A DNA stretch of 64,000 bases. Origin: Octopus bimaculoides (lineage: Eukaryota). Location: the NCBI RefSeq assembly GCF_001194135.2, contig NC_068984.1:69144188-69208187 (forward strand), written 5' to 3'. The first letter of the stretch is position 1. Every line of letters starts with the position of its first letter. The notes beneath the pieces were generated by a model, which was given only the letters and a program-made list of their open reading frames with translations, did not search any database and was not told where the DNA came from. Shown here one piece after another: positions 37,646 to 49,440 of the stretch. A program made the translations under genes and the position numbers.

Positions 37646-40600
37646 TGTTGCAGTATATTCGTTTGTCCAAAAGGATATAACATCTGGCGACGAGGATAGT
37701 TTGAAACTCACATTAGTTATTAGACAATTTCTGCGTAAAGGAAAACCCATTAGCTACAGTAGTACAGCTTCAAGAGATGCAACAGGAACAACTACAGGAG
37801 TTGCAAAAACAAATGCTGCAACAACAATTAAATGAGTTACAGTTGGCGAAGTCCGAAAATCCAGTAAGCTTGTTTACGCCAGATGGTGTGGCTAACACAA
37901 ATTCTGAATTTACGTATAATCCAGAGGAAGGTATTATGTTTCCTGTATATTATAGAAGATACAAGGAAATGTTTAACAATGAATGCAAGGCATGGTCGGA
38001 GGAGCAGAAAGGAAGGCTATTACTAAGCAAAGTAGCTCCTGCCGAACATAAACATTACTGTAGCTTTATTTAAATTCGAGTGAAATTGGTGTCTAAGAAA
38101 CTGTGGAACTTGCTTTCAAAAATTTTTTGTGATAGAAGTTCATTATTCTACACCAGAATGGAGCGTTGGAACTTAATAAAAACTGAGGAGGAGCATTTTA
38201 TCACCAACGCTGGAGTAGTCAAACGTATGTGCGAAAATTCCAAACTCCAGGATCTTACTCAGGATATGTTCAAATCATTTATATTCGTACAAATCACTTA
38301 TATTCTCGAAAATGGAGCAAGTGAACCAGGGTGAACAGACGACCGCAGAATAATGTAAGAGTATGGTAAATTTTACACGTAATGTGAAAAAAATACAAGA
38401 TAAAGACTGCAAAGGTTCTTTCTACTCCAAATTAAGCACTTAGGGCAAATAATTGATAAAAGTAGTAGACGTCCGTCCCGTCGAAGGCAGACGCAATAAG
38501 GAATATGCCTGCACCGACAAATATTCCAACTTTACAAGCATTTCTTGGGTTGGCAAACTATTATCAAAGCTACATTCCTAAGAGGCAGAAGTTAAGAGCT
38601 CCATTGAACGACTTATTAAAAAAAGGAGTAAAGTGGAATTGGTCCACTAGAGGCCAGGATACTTTTGTAGAGATAAAATTTTAACTTCAGACTTGTCTGT
38701 AGCACATTACGATCCCGAAATGGACATCATTGTAGCATCTGATGCTTTTGAGCATGGATTAGGTGCAGTTCTACTTCATAAATACGAAGACGGAAGTACA
38801 AAATCAGTGGTTCGTGTTTCACGCTCGCTAATAGTGGGAGAGAAGAGACATTGTCAAATTGAAAAGGAGGCCCTAGTAATTATCTTTGCAGCTAAAAACT
38901 TTCACTGGTTTCTGTACAGCACAAGTCTTTTTATTGCAAAAAGACCATAGACTTTGCTGTCGATTTATGGGTCTAAAAAAAGGGGTTACCGACTCATACT
39001 GTAAACCGCTTGCAACGTTGGGGTGTAATATTACTAAATTATAATTTCAAAGTGCAACAAATTTCATCGAAGAAAGTCGGTGATGCTGACTGCCTTTTCA
39101 GACTAATTCCAAAACATATGGAACCACTAGAAGAGACTGTTATAGCCGCACTGCAAGCGGAAAGTGAAATTGAAAGTGTTATGAGCAACGTTATATAAGA
39201 ACTACCAGTGATGGCACAAGATATAAGAATGAAAGCTGTAAGGGATGAGTGTATTACGAAAAAAAAAGCTTTAAAAAGTAAACAGAATAAAAATTCAGTT
39301 GCCAGTAGTTTTTCCATTTGCGATGACATTCTGATGTATGCCCAAAGAGTGGTGGTTCCAACAATTACAAAAATGTGTATTGCAACAATTTCACAGCGGA
39401 CATGCAGGAATGGCAAGGATGAAGGCTCTGATGAGGAGTTATGTCTATTGGCCGTTTATGGCCCGAGATATCGAAAACTTGGCGAGAACGTGCTGAGGAA
39501 GCATGCTCGCAGCAAAAGCCCTACTGCTAAAATATCAATTGTAGCCAGAGACGGATAACCTATGGTCTAGGTTACACATTGACTGTGCTAGACCAGTAAA
39601 CGGTGCTTACTACTTAATCGTATTAGATAGCTGTACTAAGTAGCCTGAGGGTTGCAGGTGTTATAGACCAACCTCTCAGATAACTATAAAGTTCTTATAC
39701 GAATTGTTTGCGCGATATGGTGTCTCTGACGTGCTAGTTTCTGGAAACAGAACGCAGCTCTCTGGGTATGAGTTCAAGAACTTCTGTAAAAGGCATGCCA
39801 CCTGGGCTCAAACGGACAGGTAGAAAGATTTGTGGACACCTTTAAGAGAGTGTTAAGAAAAGCGAGGAACGAATTAAGTAACGACGTTTCTTAATTTATT
39901 CATTAAAAGTTAAAATATTTAGAACACTAATTGAGGTGGCCCTTCTCTGTGGACAAGAACCCTGGACCTTATCGGCTCTCTTAGAAAAACACCTTCATAG
40001 AACATATACCAACCTGCTTAGAAAGATACACAACATCAATTGGAGATTACACCCAACACTTAGCAACATCTACGGAAATCTGATACCAAAATCTCTCATG
40101 CTAAAGCAGAAGCAGCTACAATCTGCTGGCCACTGCTGTCGAGCAGAGGAAGAAGTTACCTCATCCCTGCTCCTATAGCATCCCTCTGGAGATGTGTATT
40201 CTCCAGGGAACTGACATTTCCAGATACTATGTCTCGGGAGTCAGGGCTGGATATTAGAGATCTGAACACAGCAATGCAAGACAGTGTAGTGTGGAAAGGG
40301 ATTTTCATTGGAGTTCCGGTCAACTATAGGTTGGTCGAAGGATGATGATAAAGCAACGACAAAGTACAGACTAATTTCTTAAGAATATATAGAATGACTC
40401 CCAATCCAAGTACAAATTCAGGGAAGTCTCCCACAGAACTGGTGTTCGCAAGAAGAATGAAATTTATTTTTGATAAGCTATTACCAGAGAAAAAAGACGT
40501 AAAGGAAATACGAAAGAGTCAATGAAATACATCGAGGTGGTAAAGTGCATGTCAAAACCTATAGAATCGGTAAAAAAGGCTGGGGAGATGGCCTTGTTAC

Positions 40601-40810
40601 CAGAAAAATTGGATGATGTATATAATTAAAGAGTCACATGGTGAATATAAGAGACGCACAAAGCAACTAAGGAAGAGACATGCCCAAGATCAGGAAGAAA
40701 TTACCATGGAAGTATTCTATGAAAGTAACAGAGTACCGTAGAACCAGTATGAAAACAAGAAAGCAGACCGAATACCTTGCGATAATGTCCATGCAAACGA
40801 GATACTAAAG
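37646..40810 (+). mobile_element. Decayed Gypsy LTR retrotransposon (Mag-like by inference), internally deleted
   Basis: PBS-like TGGCGACGAGG at 37685. Gag-like EFTYNPEEG..F..YYRRYKEMF (37777-38073); RT end AFLGLANYY; RNase H IIVASDAFEHGLGAVLLH...QIEKEAL (38693-38950); LQRWGVILLNYNF; integrase LHIDCARP and GQVERFVDTFKR. Protease and most of RT are missing. Confidence 0.9.
39886..40350 (+). mobile_element. 5'-truncated RTE-like LINE inserted in the Gypsy integrase
   Basis: ORF 39936-40178 (LLCGQEPWTLS...HRTYTNLLRKIHNINWRLH), a (GAT)n end, and a flanking near-TSD AAGTAACGAC / AAGCAACGAC. Confidence 0.8.
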
Positions 40811-42148
40811 TGTGTGTGTGTACTGCGTCCTAATAAGTTGTTTACATTTGAAAAATTTTAAACATAGTCTTCAAATAAGTTATTTTAGTAATTCAATACC
40901 GGCCAAATATATTTACTTTTACCTGAAGATAACTCGCAATATATCGTTTATTACAACTATACCAGTTAGAATATTGATTATTCAAACATATCGTCGGATT
41001 GAAACAAATGTAGGATTTTTTCTGATATTTTTGAGTTATTTTGTTGATCTGGTTCTTTTTATACTTATTCTTATATGCATCTCTTTCAATTTGTGTTACT
41101 TTTCCACTGCGATACAAATAAAATGAAACAAGCATTTATTATATTTTCTTCTCCATTTTCTTTCATTAACTTTATAATTTATGACACTGTTTATACATAT
41201 ATATTAATGAAATTTCTATCAATATATTTGATAAAGACCGTTGTCACCTGAATTATTACTAACATTCCCTTACAGGGAAACTGCTTCCTCAAATTGTAAG
41301 GATATATACATATATATGTGTGTGTGTATATATATATATATATNNNNNNNNNNNNNNNNNNNNNNNNNNNNNNNNNNNNNNNNNNNNNNNNNNNNNNNNN
41401 NNNNNNNNNNNNNNNNNNNNNNNNNNNNNNNNNNNNNNNNNNNNNNNNNNNNNNNNNNNNNNNNNNNNNNNNNNNNNNNNNNNNNNNNNNNNNNNNNNNN
41501 NNNNNNNNNNNNNNNNNNNNNNNNNNNNNNNNNNNNNNNNNNNNNNNNNNNNNNNNNNNNNNNNNNNNNNNNNNNNNNNNNNNNNNNNNNNNNNNNNNNN
41601 NNNNNNNNNNNNNNNNNNNNNNNNNNNNNNNNNNNNNNNNNNNNNNNNNNNNNNNNNNNNNNNNNNNNNNNNNNNNNNNNNNNNNNNNNNNNNNNNNNNN
41701 NNNNNNNNNNNNNNNNNNNNNNNNNNNNNNNNNNNNNNNNNNNNNNNNNNNNNNNNNNNNNNNNNNNNNNNNNNNNNNNNNNNNNNNNNNNNNNNNNNNN
41801 NNNNNNNNNNNNNNNNNNNNNNNNNNNNNNNNNNNNNNNNNNNNNNNNNNNNNNNNNNNNNNNNNNNNNNNNNNNNNNNNNNNNNNNNNNNNNNNNNNNN
41901 NNNNNNNNNNNNNNNNNNNNNNNNNNNNNNNNNNNNNNNNNNNNNNNNNNNNNNNNNNNNNNNNNNNNNNNNNNNNNNNNNNNNNNNNNNNNNNNNNNNN
42001 NNNNNNNNNNNNNNNNNNNNNNNNNNNNNNNNNNNNNNNNNNNNNNNNNNNNNNNNNNNNNNNNNNNNNNNNNNNNNNNNNNNNNNNNNNNNNNNNNNNN
42101 NNNNNNNNNNNNNNNNNATATATATATATATATAAATATATATATATC

Positions 42149-42524
42149 ATGGCACTCAGTCGGTTACGATGACAAGGGTTCCTGTTGATCTGATCAACGG
42201 AACAGCCCGCTGGTGAAATTAATGTGCAAGTGGCTGAGCACTCCACAGACATGTGTACCCTTAACATAGTTCTCGGGGAGATTCAGCGTGACACAGAGTG
42301 TGACAAGGCTGGCCTTTTGAAATACAGGTACAACAGAAACAGAAAGAAAGAGTGGGAGAAAGTTGTGGTGAAAGAGTACAGCAGGGTTCACCACCACCCT
42401 CTGCCGGAGCCTCATGAAGCTTTAGGTGTTTTTACTCAATAAACACTCCCAACGCCCGGTCTGGGTATCGAAACTGCGATCTTACGACGTGAGTCTGCTG
42501 CCTAACCACTAGGCCTTTGCGCCT

Positions 42525-42527
<3 letters not shown>
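42149..42527 (-). mobile_element. Full-length tRNA-headed SINE, family D
   Basis: Minus-strand head GGAGGCGCAAAGGCCTAGTGGTTAGG...GTTTCGATACCC; the tail matches 2855-3150. Confidence 0.88.
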
Positions 42528-42561
<34 letters not shown>

Positions 42562-43071
42562 TATATATATATATGTGTGTATGTATACACCCACACATGT
42601 ATATATATATATATGTGTGTATGTATACACCCACACATGTATATATATATGTGTATGTATATACACACACACATGCATACATATATGTGTATGTATACAC
42701 ACACACACATATATGTATATTACACTAAGCACTTGAAGTGACACAGCTTGCACTGATTGATGCAACACAGATGCATAATATCCTACCCCTAAAGCAGATG
42801 GGTCGAAACGATTGTTGTGTTTAAATAAAGATTCATACTAAATTCATCCTCCTTTTCCTTCATCAATTATAAACCTAGCAAACACTGAGGATTTCGTGAC
42901 GAGGAACCAGTGAAATTTATACTGTAACTGTGGATCACATCAGATAGCTCAAAAGGTGAATGTGATTTAAAGGACATACTAATAAACATATACCTAAAGT
43001 CTAAATAGTCACACATACACGCACACACAATCACAGACACACACACACAGTCACAGACACACACGCACGTC

Positions 43072-43117
<46 letters not shown>

Positions 43118-43305
43118 ACATATGTCAACAAGAAATAAAATTGTGTTAAAAAGATGTTGTAGAATACCAAGAATGTGCTCTACTGGTGCAAGTTCGGTAA
43201 GTGGAAAGGCATAGTAATAGTTATATATTGGATAGACTCACTTGAACATTTGTAGTAATGTTTGTTGCTCCTCTAGCCTATGTATTTAAATAATGAGAGT
43301 GGAAA

Positions 43306-44247
43306 ATGACTTCTGACCGTGACCTTTAGAAATATGCTGTGCGTGAGAAGACCCGGCAGGCCAAGTGAGACCAAAATTCAAGGCCTCTGCCAGGGATGTA
43401 GCCAGCCCACTTACGCGTAACATTCCTTCATTGGACACTAAACTCCGCTTGCGAAAACATGGTGAGGCAAGTGAAATTGAAATCGAACTATATTTGTAGG
43501 AACACTAAACTCGGCTTGCGAAGACCTGCTGAGGCAAGCGAAAGCGAAATCATGATGTCACTTGTACCGTGGAGCACTAAGAGCACCGTCCAAGCGTGAT
43601 CGTTGCCAGAGCAGCTGTCTGGCTTATGTGCCGGTGGCACGTAAATAGCACCAGCGTGATCGTTATCAACGTCGCCTTCCTGGCACTTGTGCCAGCGGCA
43701 CGTAAAAAGTCATTCGAGTGAGATCGTTGCCAGTGCCTATGAACTGGCTCCTGTGCAGGTGACACGTAAAATACACCATTTCGAGCGTGGCCGTGGATCG
43801 TTACCAACGATGCTTTCCTGGCACTTGTGCCAGTGGCACGTGAAAAGACATTCGAGCGAGATCGTTGCCAGTGCCGATGGACTGGCTCCTGTGCAGGTGA
43901 CACGTAATACACCATTTCGAGCGTGGCCTTTGCCAGTAGGACATCCGAGCGAGACCATTGCCAGTGCTCCTGGACTGGCTCTTGTGCAGGTGGCACGTAA
44001 AATACACCATTTCGAGCATGGCCGTTGCCAGTACCCGCCTGACTGACCCTCGTGCTGGTGGCACGTAAAAGCACCCACTACACTCTCGGAGTGGTTGGCA
44101 TTAGAAAGGGCATCCAGCTGTAGAAACTCTGCCAAATCAGATTAGAGCCTGGTGTCGCCTCGTGGTTCACCAGTCCTCAGTCAAATCGTCCAACCCATGC
44201 TAGCAGGGAAAGCAGACGTTAAATGACGACGACGATGATGATGGTGA
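43306..44247 (+). mobile_element. RTE LINE 3' end (last codons plus long 3' UTR with tandem array)
   Basis: MTSDRDL*KYAVREKTRQAK* matches the end of the 9.1-11.4 kb LINE (MTGD*DL*RYAVIEKTRQLK*). It is followed by seven degenerate units and a (GAC/GAT)n tail. Confidence 0.9.
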
Positions 44248-44984
44248 TATATATATATACTAGCAGTAATACCCATCATTGATTGGGTAACTATTTTTAC
44301 TCTTTCTTGGGAGACACATTTGAAGTATTATTATATATATATAATTTACTCTTCCTGTATGTGTATATTTTTTATGTGAGAAAAATTATGTAATAATTGA
44401 AGTAGAAAAAAGATCAATTTCATAAATAAACTTCTGTTTGTTTATTGTATGACAATAATAAATGTTTTGCACGTATTATTTATTTATTTTTTTTAGTACA
44501 GCCATGGAAATTATATAGCACATGTATACAACTGCTTACAATAATAGAAATTATTGTACAATTTTTTTCTATTTTCATAATTTTTGGCTTACAATAATGA
44601 AAAAGATATGCCACCAAAGAAAATATGTAATCACTCCAGAAAATGGTATCACTGGTATGCGAGGAATGAAGACAGTGTCAGGCAGTGGAAATATTTGCCT
44701 CAATGCAGTTCCTCATAGGACTGTGCACGATTAGTGCTGTACCATTGCATATTTTTTGTTGATACAAAATAGGCAATAGCATAATAAGAGATATAGAAAA
44801 AGCCTAATAGTTTCCCTTGGACAATTTACATTCATTCTGGAGGACAAATAACACACACATGGAGAGAATCTCTGTTTTATATATATANNNNNNNNNNNNN
44901 NNNNNNNNNNNNNNNNNNNNNNNNNNNNNNNNNNNNNNNNNNNNNNNNNNNNNNNNNNNNATATATATATATATCATCATCATC

Positions 44985-45360
44985 ATCATCATCTTCGTTT
45001 AACGTCCGCTTTCCATGCTAGCATGGGTTGGACGATTTGACTGAGGACTGGTGAAACCAGATGGCTACACCAGGCTCCAATCTGATTTGGCAGAGTTTCT
45101 ACAGCTGGATGCCCTTCCTAATGCCAACTACTCAGAGAGTGTAGTGGGTGCTTTTATGTGTCACTCGCACGAAGGCAACGGCCATGCTCAAAATGGTGCA
45201 TTTTAGGTGCCACCCACACAAGAGCCAGTCCAGGAGCACTGGCAACGATCTCGCTCGAAAATCCCACGAAGGCCAGCCAGGCGGCACTGGCAATGGTCAC
45301 ACTCAAAATGGTGCNNNNNNNNNNGGCAATGGTCACACTCAAAATGGTGCATTTCATGTG
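44985..45360 (-). mobile_element. RTE 3'-UTR copy
   Basis: Reverse complement of the 43.9-44.2 kb tail; contains a 10-N gap. Confidence 0.88.
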
Positions 45361-45564
45361 TCACCCGCATGTATATAACTATATGTATACATATATATTT
45401 ATATGTATATTAATATATACATGCATTCATGCGTTCATATATACATATATATAGATATAGATATATATATATATACACATACATATAGAGCTATAAATAA
45501 TAAATAATAAATATGTACACATATAGATATATCAATATCTGCATGTGCACATACACATATACAC

Positions 45565-45619
<55 letters not shown>

Positions 45620-45627
45620 TTTATATA

Positions 45628-46371
45628 CAGGGTGCGGTGAATAAATTGTCATCTAATTTGGGCAAAAATGAAAATTGGATTTTATTTTAACAGACATATT
45701 TACCAAAATTACATAAAAATATCTTGAAATGCTAAAGAATAAATTTATTCAATAAAATCAACATTGGCTTCAACCACGGCTGACAGACTTCAGAATCTCC
45801 TGCAACTCTTCTGATTGTCTCCTTGTTTAAGTTGGTTAATGGGGCCATAATTCTTGCACTCATTTCATCTTTTGTGTTACAAGGAGTTTTGTTGGGCTTT
45901 TGCTCCAATCGAAATAATCAAGGGGTTGCAGTCTGGGGAGTTTGGTGGGCAGATGTTAGGGGTGATGTAGTCACATAAATTGTCTGACATCCATGACTGA
46001 GTTCTCCTGGTTGTGTGGCATGCTGCAGAGTCCTGTATCTAGACATAGGGTCTTCTAGCAGTCATCCTCTAGACCCAGGACAGCTCTATCTCCTCCAGGC
46101 ACTTGATGTAGGCCTCCATGTTGAGTCTGAAGCTTTATAAGATGAATAGAGGCAAAAACGTTGCCATCACTAGTGATCAGTCCAAACACCATGATGTTTG
46201 ATTTTTATCACTTCCAGTACATGTTTTGTGAACATGGCAAGTCAGTGGTTGTTCTGTGTGTTCACCATCTGATCATAGCAGATATTTTCCTCGTCTGAGA
46301 AAAACCAATGCATGTTCAGTTGGAGGGGATGCTTGAGTTTGTTCAAAAGCTTCATAGCGTGGTCTTTCTTC
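45628..46371 (-). mobile_element. DD37D (maT-family) Tc1/mariner transposon, truncated by gap
   Basis: TA|CAGGGTG terminus at 45626-45634; HWFFSDEENICYDQMVNTQNN; QDSAACH...CPPNSPDCNPL(D)Y with 37 residues between the 2nd and 3rd D after correcting a 1-nt deletion. Confidence 0.85.
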
Positions 46372-46479
46372 NNNNNNNNNNNNNNNNNNNNNNNNNNNNN
46401 NNNNNNNNNNNNNNNNNNNNNNNNNNNNNNNNNNNNNNNNNNNNNNNNNNNNNNNNNNNNNNNNNNNNNNNNNNNNNNN

Positions 46480-46650
46480 ACACTCTCTGAGTGGTTGGCG
46501 TTAGGAAGGGCATCCAGCTGTAGAAACTCTGCCAAATCAGACTGGAGCCTGGTGTTGCCATCCGGTTTCACCAGTCCTCAGTCAAATCGTCCAACCCATG
46601 CTAGCATGGAAAGCGGACGTTAAACGATGATGATGATGATGATGATGATA
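46480..46650 (+). mobile_element. RTE 3'-end copy
   Basis: GGTTGGCGTTAGGAAGGGCATCCAGCTG...GGACGTTAAACGATGATGATG. Confidence 0.9.
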
Positions 46651-46662
46651 TCTATCTATCTA

Positions 46663-46697
<35 letters not shown>

Positions 46698-47084
46698 GTG
46701 TGTGTGTGTGTGTGTGTATGATTATTGATTCCATTGTTTGTCTCTTGAGAATAGTATTTTTCACAAATCAGTAATAATTAACTTATATCATTTTTTTTCT
46801 ATATTTGGCTTATTTATTTCTAAATGTATATTTTAGTCCTATTAAGAAAATAATGTATTTAAAAACTGAAGACCAAATGTTTCGTTAAAATATTTAAATG
46901 AACTATTTTTACTTAGCAGTTTGTTTTAAGATTCTTTTTATTAGTTGAATCTCATTCAGTCATAAGAAAGCTGTTACATTATGGTACAATAGGCAAGCAT
47001 ACATACGTACATACATTCATACATACAAACATACATATGTACACTCATACATATATACATATCATATAATACATAATCAACATC

Positions 47085-47290
47085 ATCATGATCATACTTC
47101 TTTTTTCATGATGGCAGGAGTTGGATGGTTGAACATGAACTGATGAACCAGATTGCTGCACTTAGCTCCAATGTCTAATTTGGCATGGCTCCTACAGCTA
47201 GATTCTCTTCCTAACACCAACCACTTCACAAAGTGTAATGGGTGCTTTTATCATGGCACCAGCCCTGTTGTGGTCACCAAATGCTTGCAT
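47085..47290 (-). mobile_element. RTE 3'-end copy (diverged)
   Basis: CTTCCTAACACCAACCACTTCACAAAGTGTAATGGGTGCTTTT. Confidence 0.75.
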
Positions 47291-47382
47291 GACAAAAATG
47301 GCTCAACTATGTGGGGGTGGTAGAATTAAAGTAGAAAGTTACCTTCTCAAGTCATGCTGGCTCACAAAAGTGGGTTTCCTGG

Positions 47383-47826
47383 CAAGCTGGCAGAAACGTT
47401 AGCACGCCGGGTGAAATGCTTAGTGATATTTCGTCTGCCATTATGTTCTGAGTTCAAATTCCACCAAGGTCGACTTTGCCTTTCATTCTTTTGGGGTCGA
47501 TAAATTAAGTACCAGTTATGCACTGGGGTCGATTTAATCAACTCAATCCCTTTGTCTGTCCTTGTTTGTTCCCTCTATCTTTAGCCCCTTGTTGGCAATA
47601 AGGAAATAAGAAACATTAGCACGCTAGGCTAAATGCTTAGCAGTTTTATGTCTATCTTTACATTCTGAGTTTAAATTCCTCCGAGGTCGACTTTGCTTTT
47701 CACCCTTTCGGGGTCGATAAATTAAGTACCAGTTATGCACTGGGGTCGATATAATTGACTTAATCCCTTTGTCTGTCCTTGTTTGTCCCCTCTATGTTTA
47801 GCCCCTTGTGGGCAATAAAGAAATAA
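47383..47826 (+). mobile_element. Family A SINE head-to-tail dimer
   Basis: Two units of about 220 bp, each ending AATCCCTTTGTCTGTCCTTGTTTGT...GCAATAA(G/A)GAAATAAGA. Confidence 0.9.
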
Positions 47827-47869
47827 GAGTTGTTTTCCTGGTTTCATAGTGTATATATATATATATATT

Positions 47870-48060
47870 CTGCACTTGGATGGGACATCCATCCGTCAAT
47901 TGCAGGATTACTCATTTTTGCTAGCTGAGTGGATTGGAGCAACATGAAATGATGTGTTTTGCTCAAGAACACAATGCATCACCAGGTCTAGGAATCAAAA
48001 CCACAATCTTCGGTCATAAGGCCAACACCCTAACCACTAAAGCACATGCCTTCACAGTTG
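47870..48060 (-). mobile_element. tRNA-headed SINE (family D-related head)
   Basis: GCTGAGTGGATTGGAGCAACATGAAATG...GCTCAAGAACACAATGCA...CCTAACCACTAA. Confidence 0.75.
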
Positions 48061-48144
48061 TAGTATTGAGGAATGTGAAAGTATGACAGAGAGACAGGAC
48101 TTGGTACTTACTGAAGAAGTGAGTACATGGTTGCCTTATCTGGT

Positions 48145-48176
<32 letters not shown>

Positions 48177-48663
48177 GAGAGCTGTGAGATTATTGTACAA
48201 AGTGAATATGAAAGAGAGAGAGAGAGAGAAAGAGTGAGAACAGCAATAGAGGAAGGGAAACTGTAGGTGAGTTGGTAAGTAATCTAAAGTAGAAAAAGTG
48301 CGACATAATTTGAGTTGGGGATTAAAGTGGACACAAGCAATATACATGAATGTATACATACATGCATAAAGACAGAAAGAGAGGGAGATATAAATTATTC
48401 ATGCAGTCAAACCAGCTACCAACAAGAAAACTTCCCTACAGTAAGTTTTCTGGTTAGAAATAATAACCAAGCATCCTGCAAAACATCTCTTAATGTTAAA
48501 TATAAAAAGAGAGTACTTGGAATGTTGTAGTCCCAGATATATATGTACAAAAAGGCTGGAATGTCTTTGATCGTAGTTCTATTCATGCAAGAATAGTCTT
48601 CTGGGCCTAAACAACAACGAATATACATACATACATACATACATACATACATACATACATACA

Positions 48664-49313
48664 ATCATGCATGTGATTAGCAACTGTCCTAAAATATTGT
48701 CACAGTACTACCTCCCTCTGCAGCATGATGTTGTTGCTAAAACAATTCACAAAGATTGTCCTGAAATAAACTTAGAAAATCCCTCTGTTATGGAATACAT
48801 TCATAAACACCAACTCAAGGAATACTGGTGGAATATTCCCATCAAACTTTCTGTCAAAGATAAACATAACAAGCCGGATATTGTTGTTTGGGACAGATGG
48901 GCAAAGATATGTACCATCATAAAGGTCAGTTGCACGGAAGATAAAAATATCTCTTTGAAAATCAAAGATAAAGAGGATATATATGGACAACTGCTTCAAA
49001 ACCTCCAGCTTCTATATGCAGACTATGAATTCATATTCATACTAATAATAATTGGAGCACTAAGTTTTGTTAGTAAATGCTTTAAGGAGAATCTGGATAA
49101 ACTAAGATTTTCAGAAAGAGAAATCGACCAGCTAATTCGTACATTACAAGCGCAAGCTGAGAGAGGAACAGTTAAAATATGCAAGACTTTTCTCAAGTTC
49201 CAAATGCGAATTTATCTGTTTTAACTACATCCCAAAAATGGAGCCTTGTATCTTTGTTGGAAACCAGCTCCCTCCTCAGTGGAAAATTTATGATAATTAA
49301 AATAAAAGAAGAA
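48664..49313 (+). mobile_element. R4/Dong-clade non-LTR retrotransposon, 5'-truncated, (TACA)n-flanked
   Basis: ORF 48667-49224 (HVISNCPK...QHDVVAK...KHNKPDIVVWDR...ILIIIGALS...GTVKICKTFLKF) is homologous to the 26-27 kb copy. (TACA)n lies at 48624-48663 and (ACAT)n starts at 49314, with AATAAA just before the 3' end. Confidence 0.92.
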
Positions 49314-49384
49314 ACATACATACATACATACATACATGCATACATACACACATACATACATACATATACATGCACATATACATG

Positions 49385-49440
<56 letters not shown>

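Noticed and set aside
42764-42821. Possible third hammerhead (ACCC...GGGT-C-GAAAC...GTGTT pairing with AACAC)
   Set aside because: There is no intact CUGANGA core (CAGAUGC at best) and the spacing is wrong. At most a dead remnant.
43597-44075. CRISPR-like appearance of the regularly spaced repeats
   Set aside because: The context is eukaryotic, the spacers are homologous to one another, there are no cas genes, and the array lies in a LINE 3' UTR.
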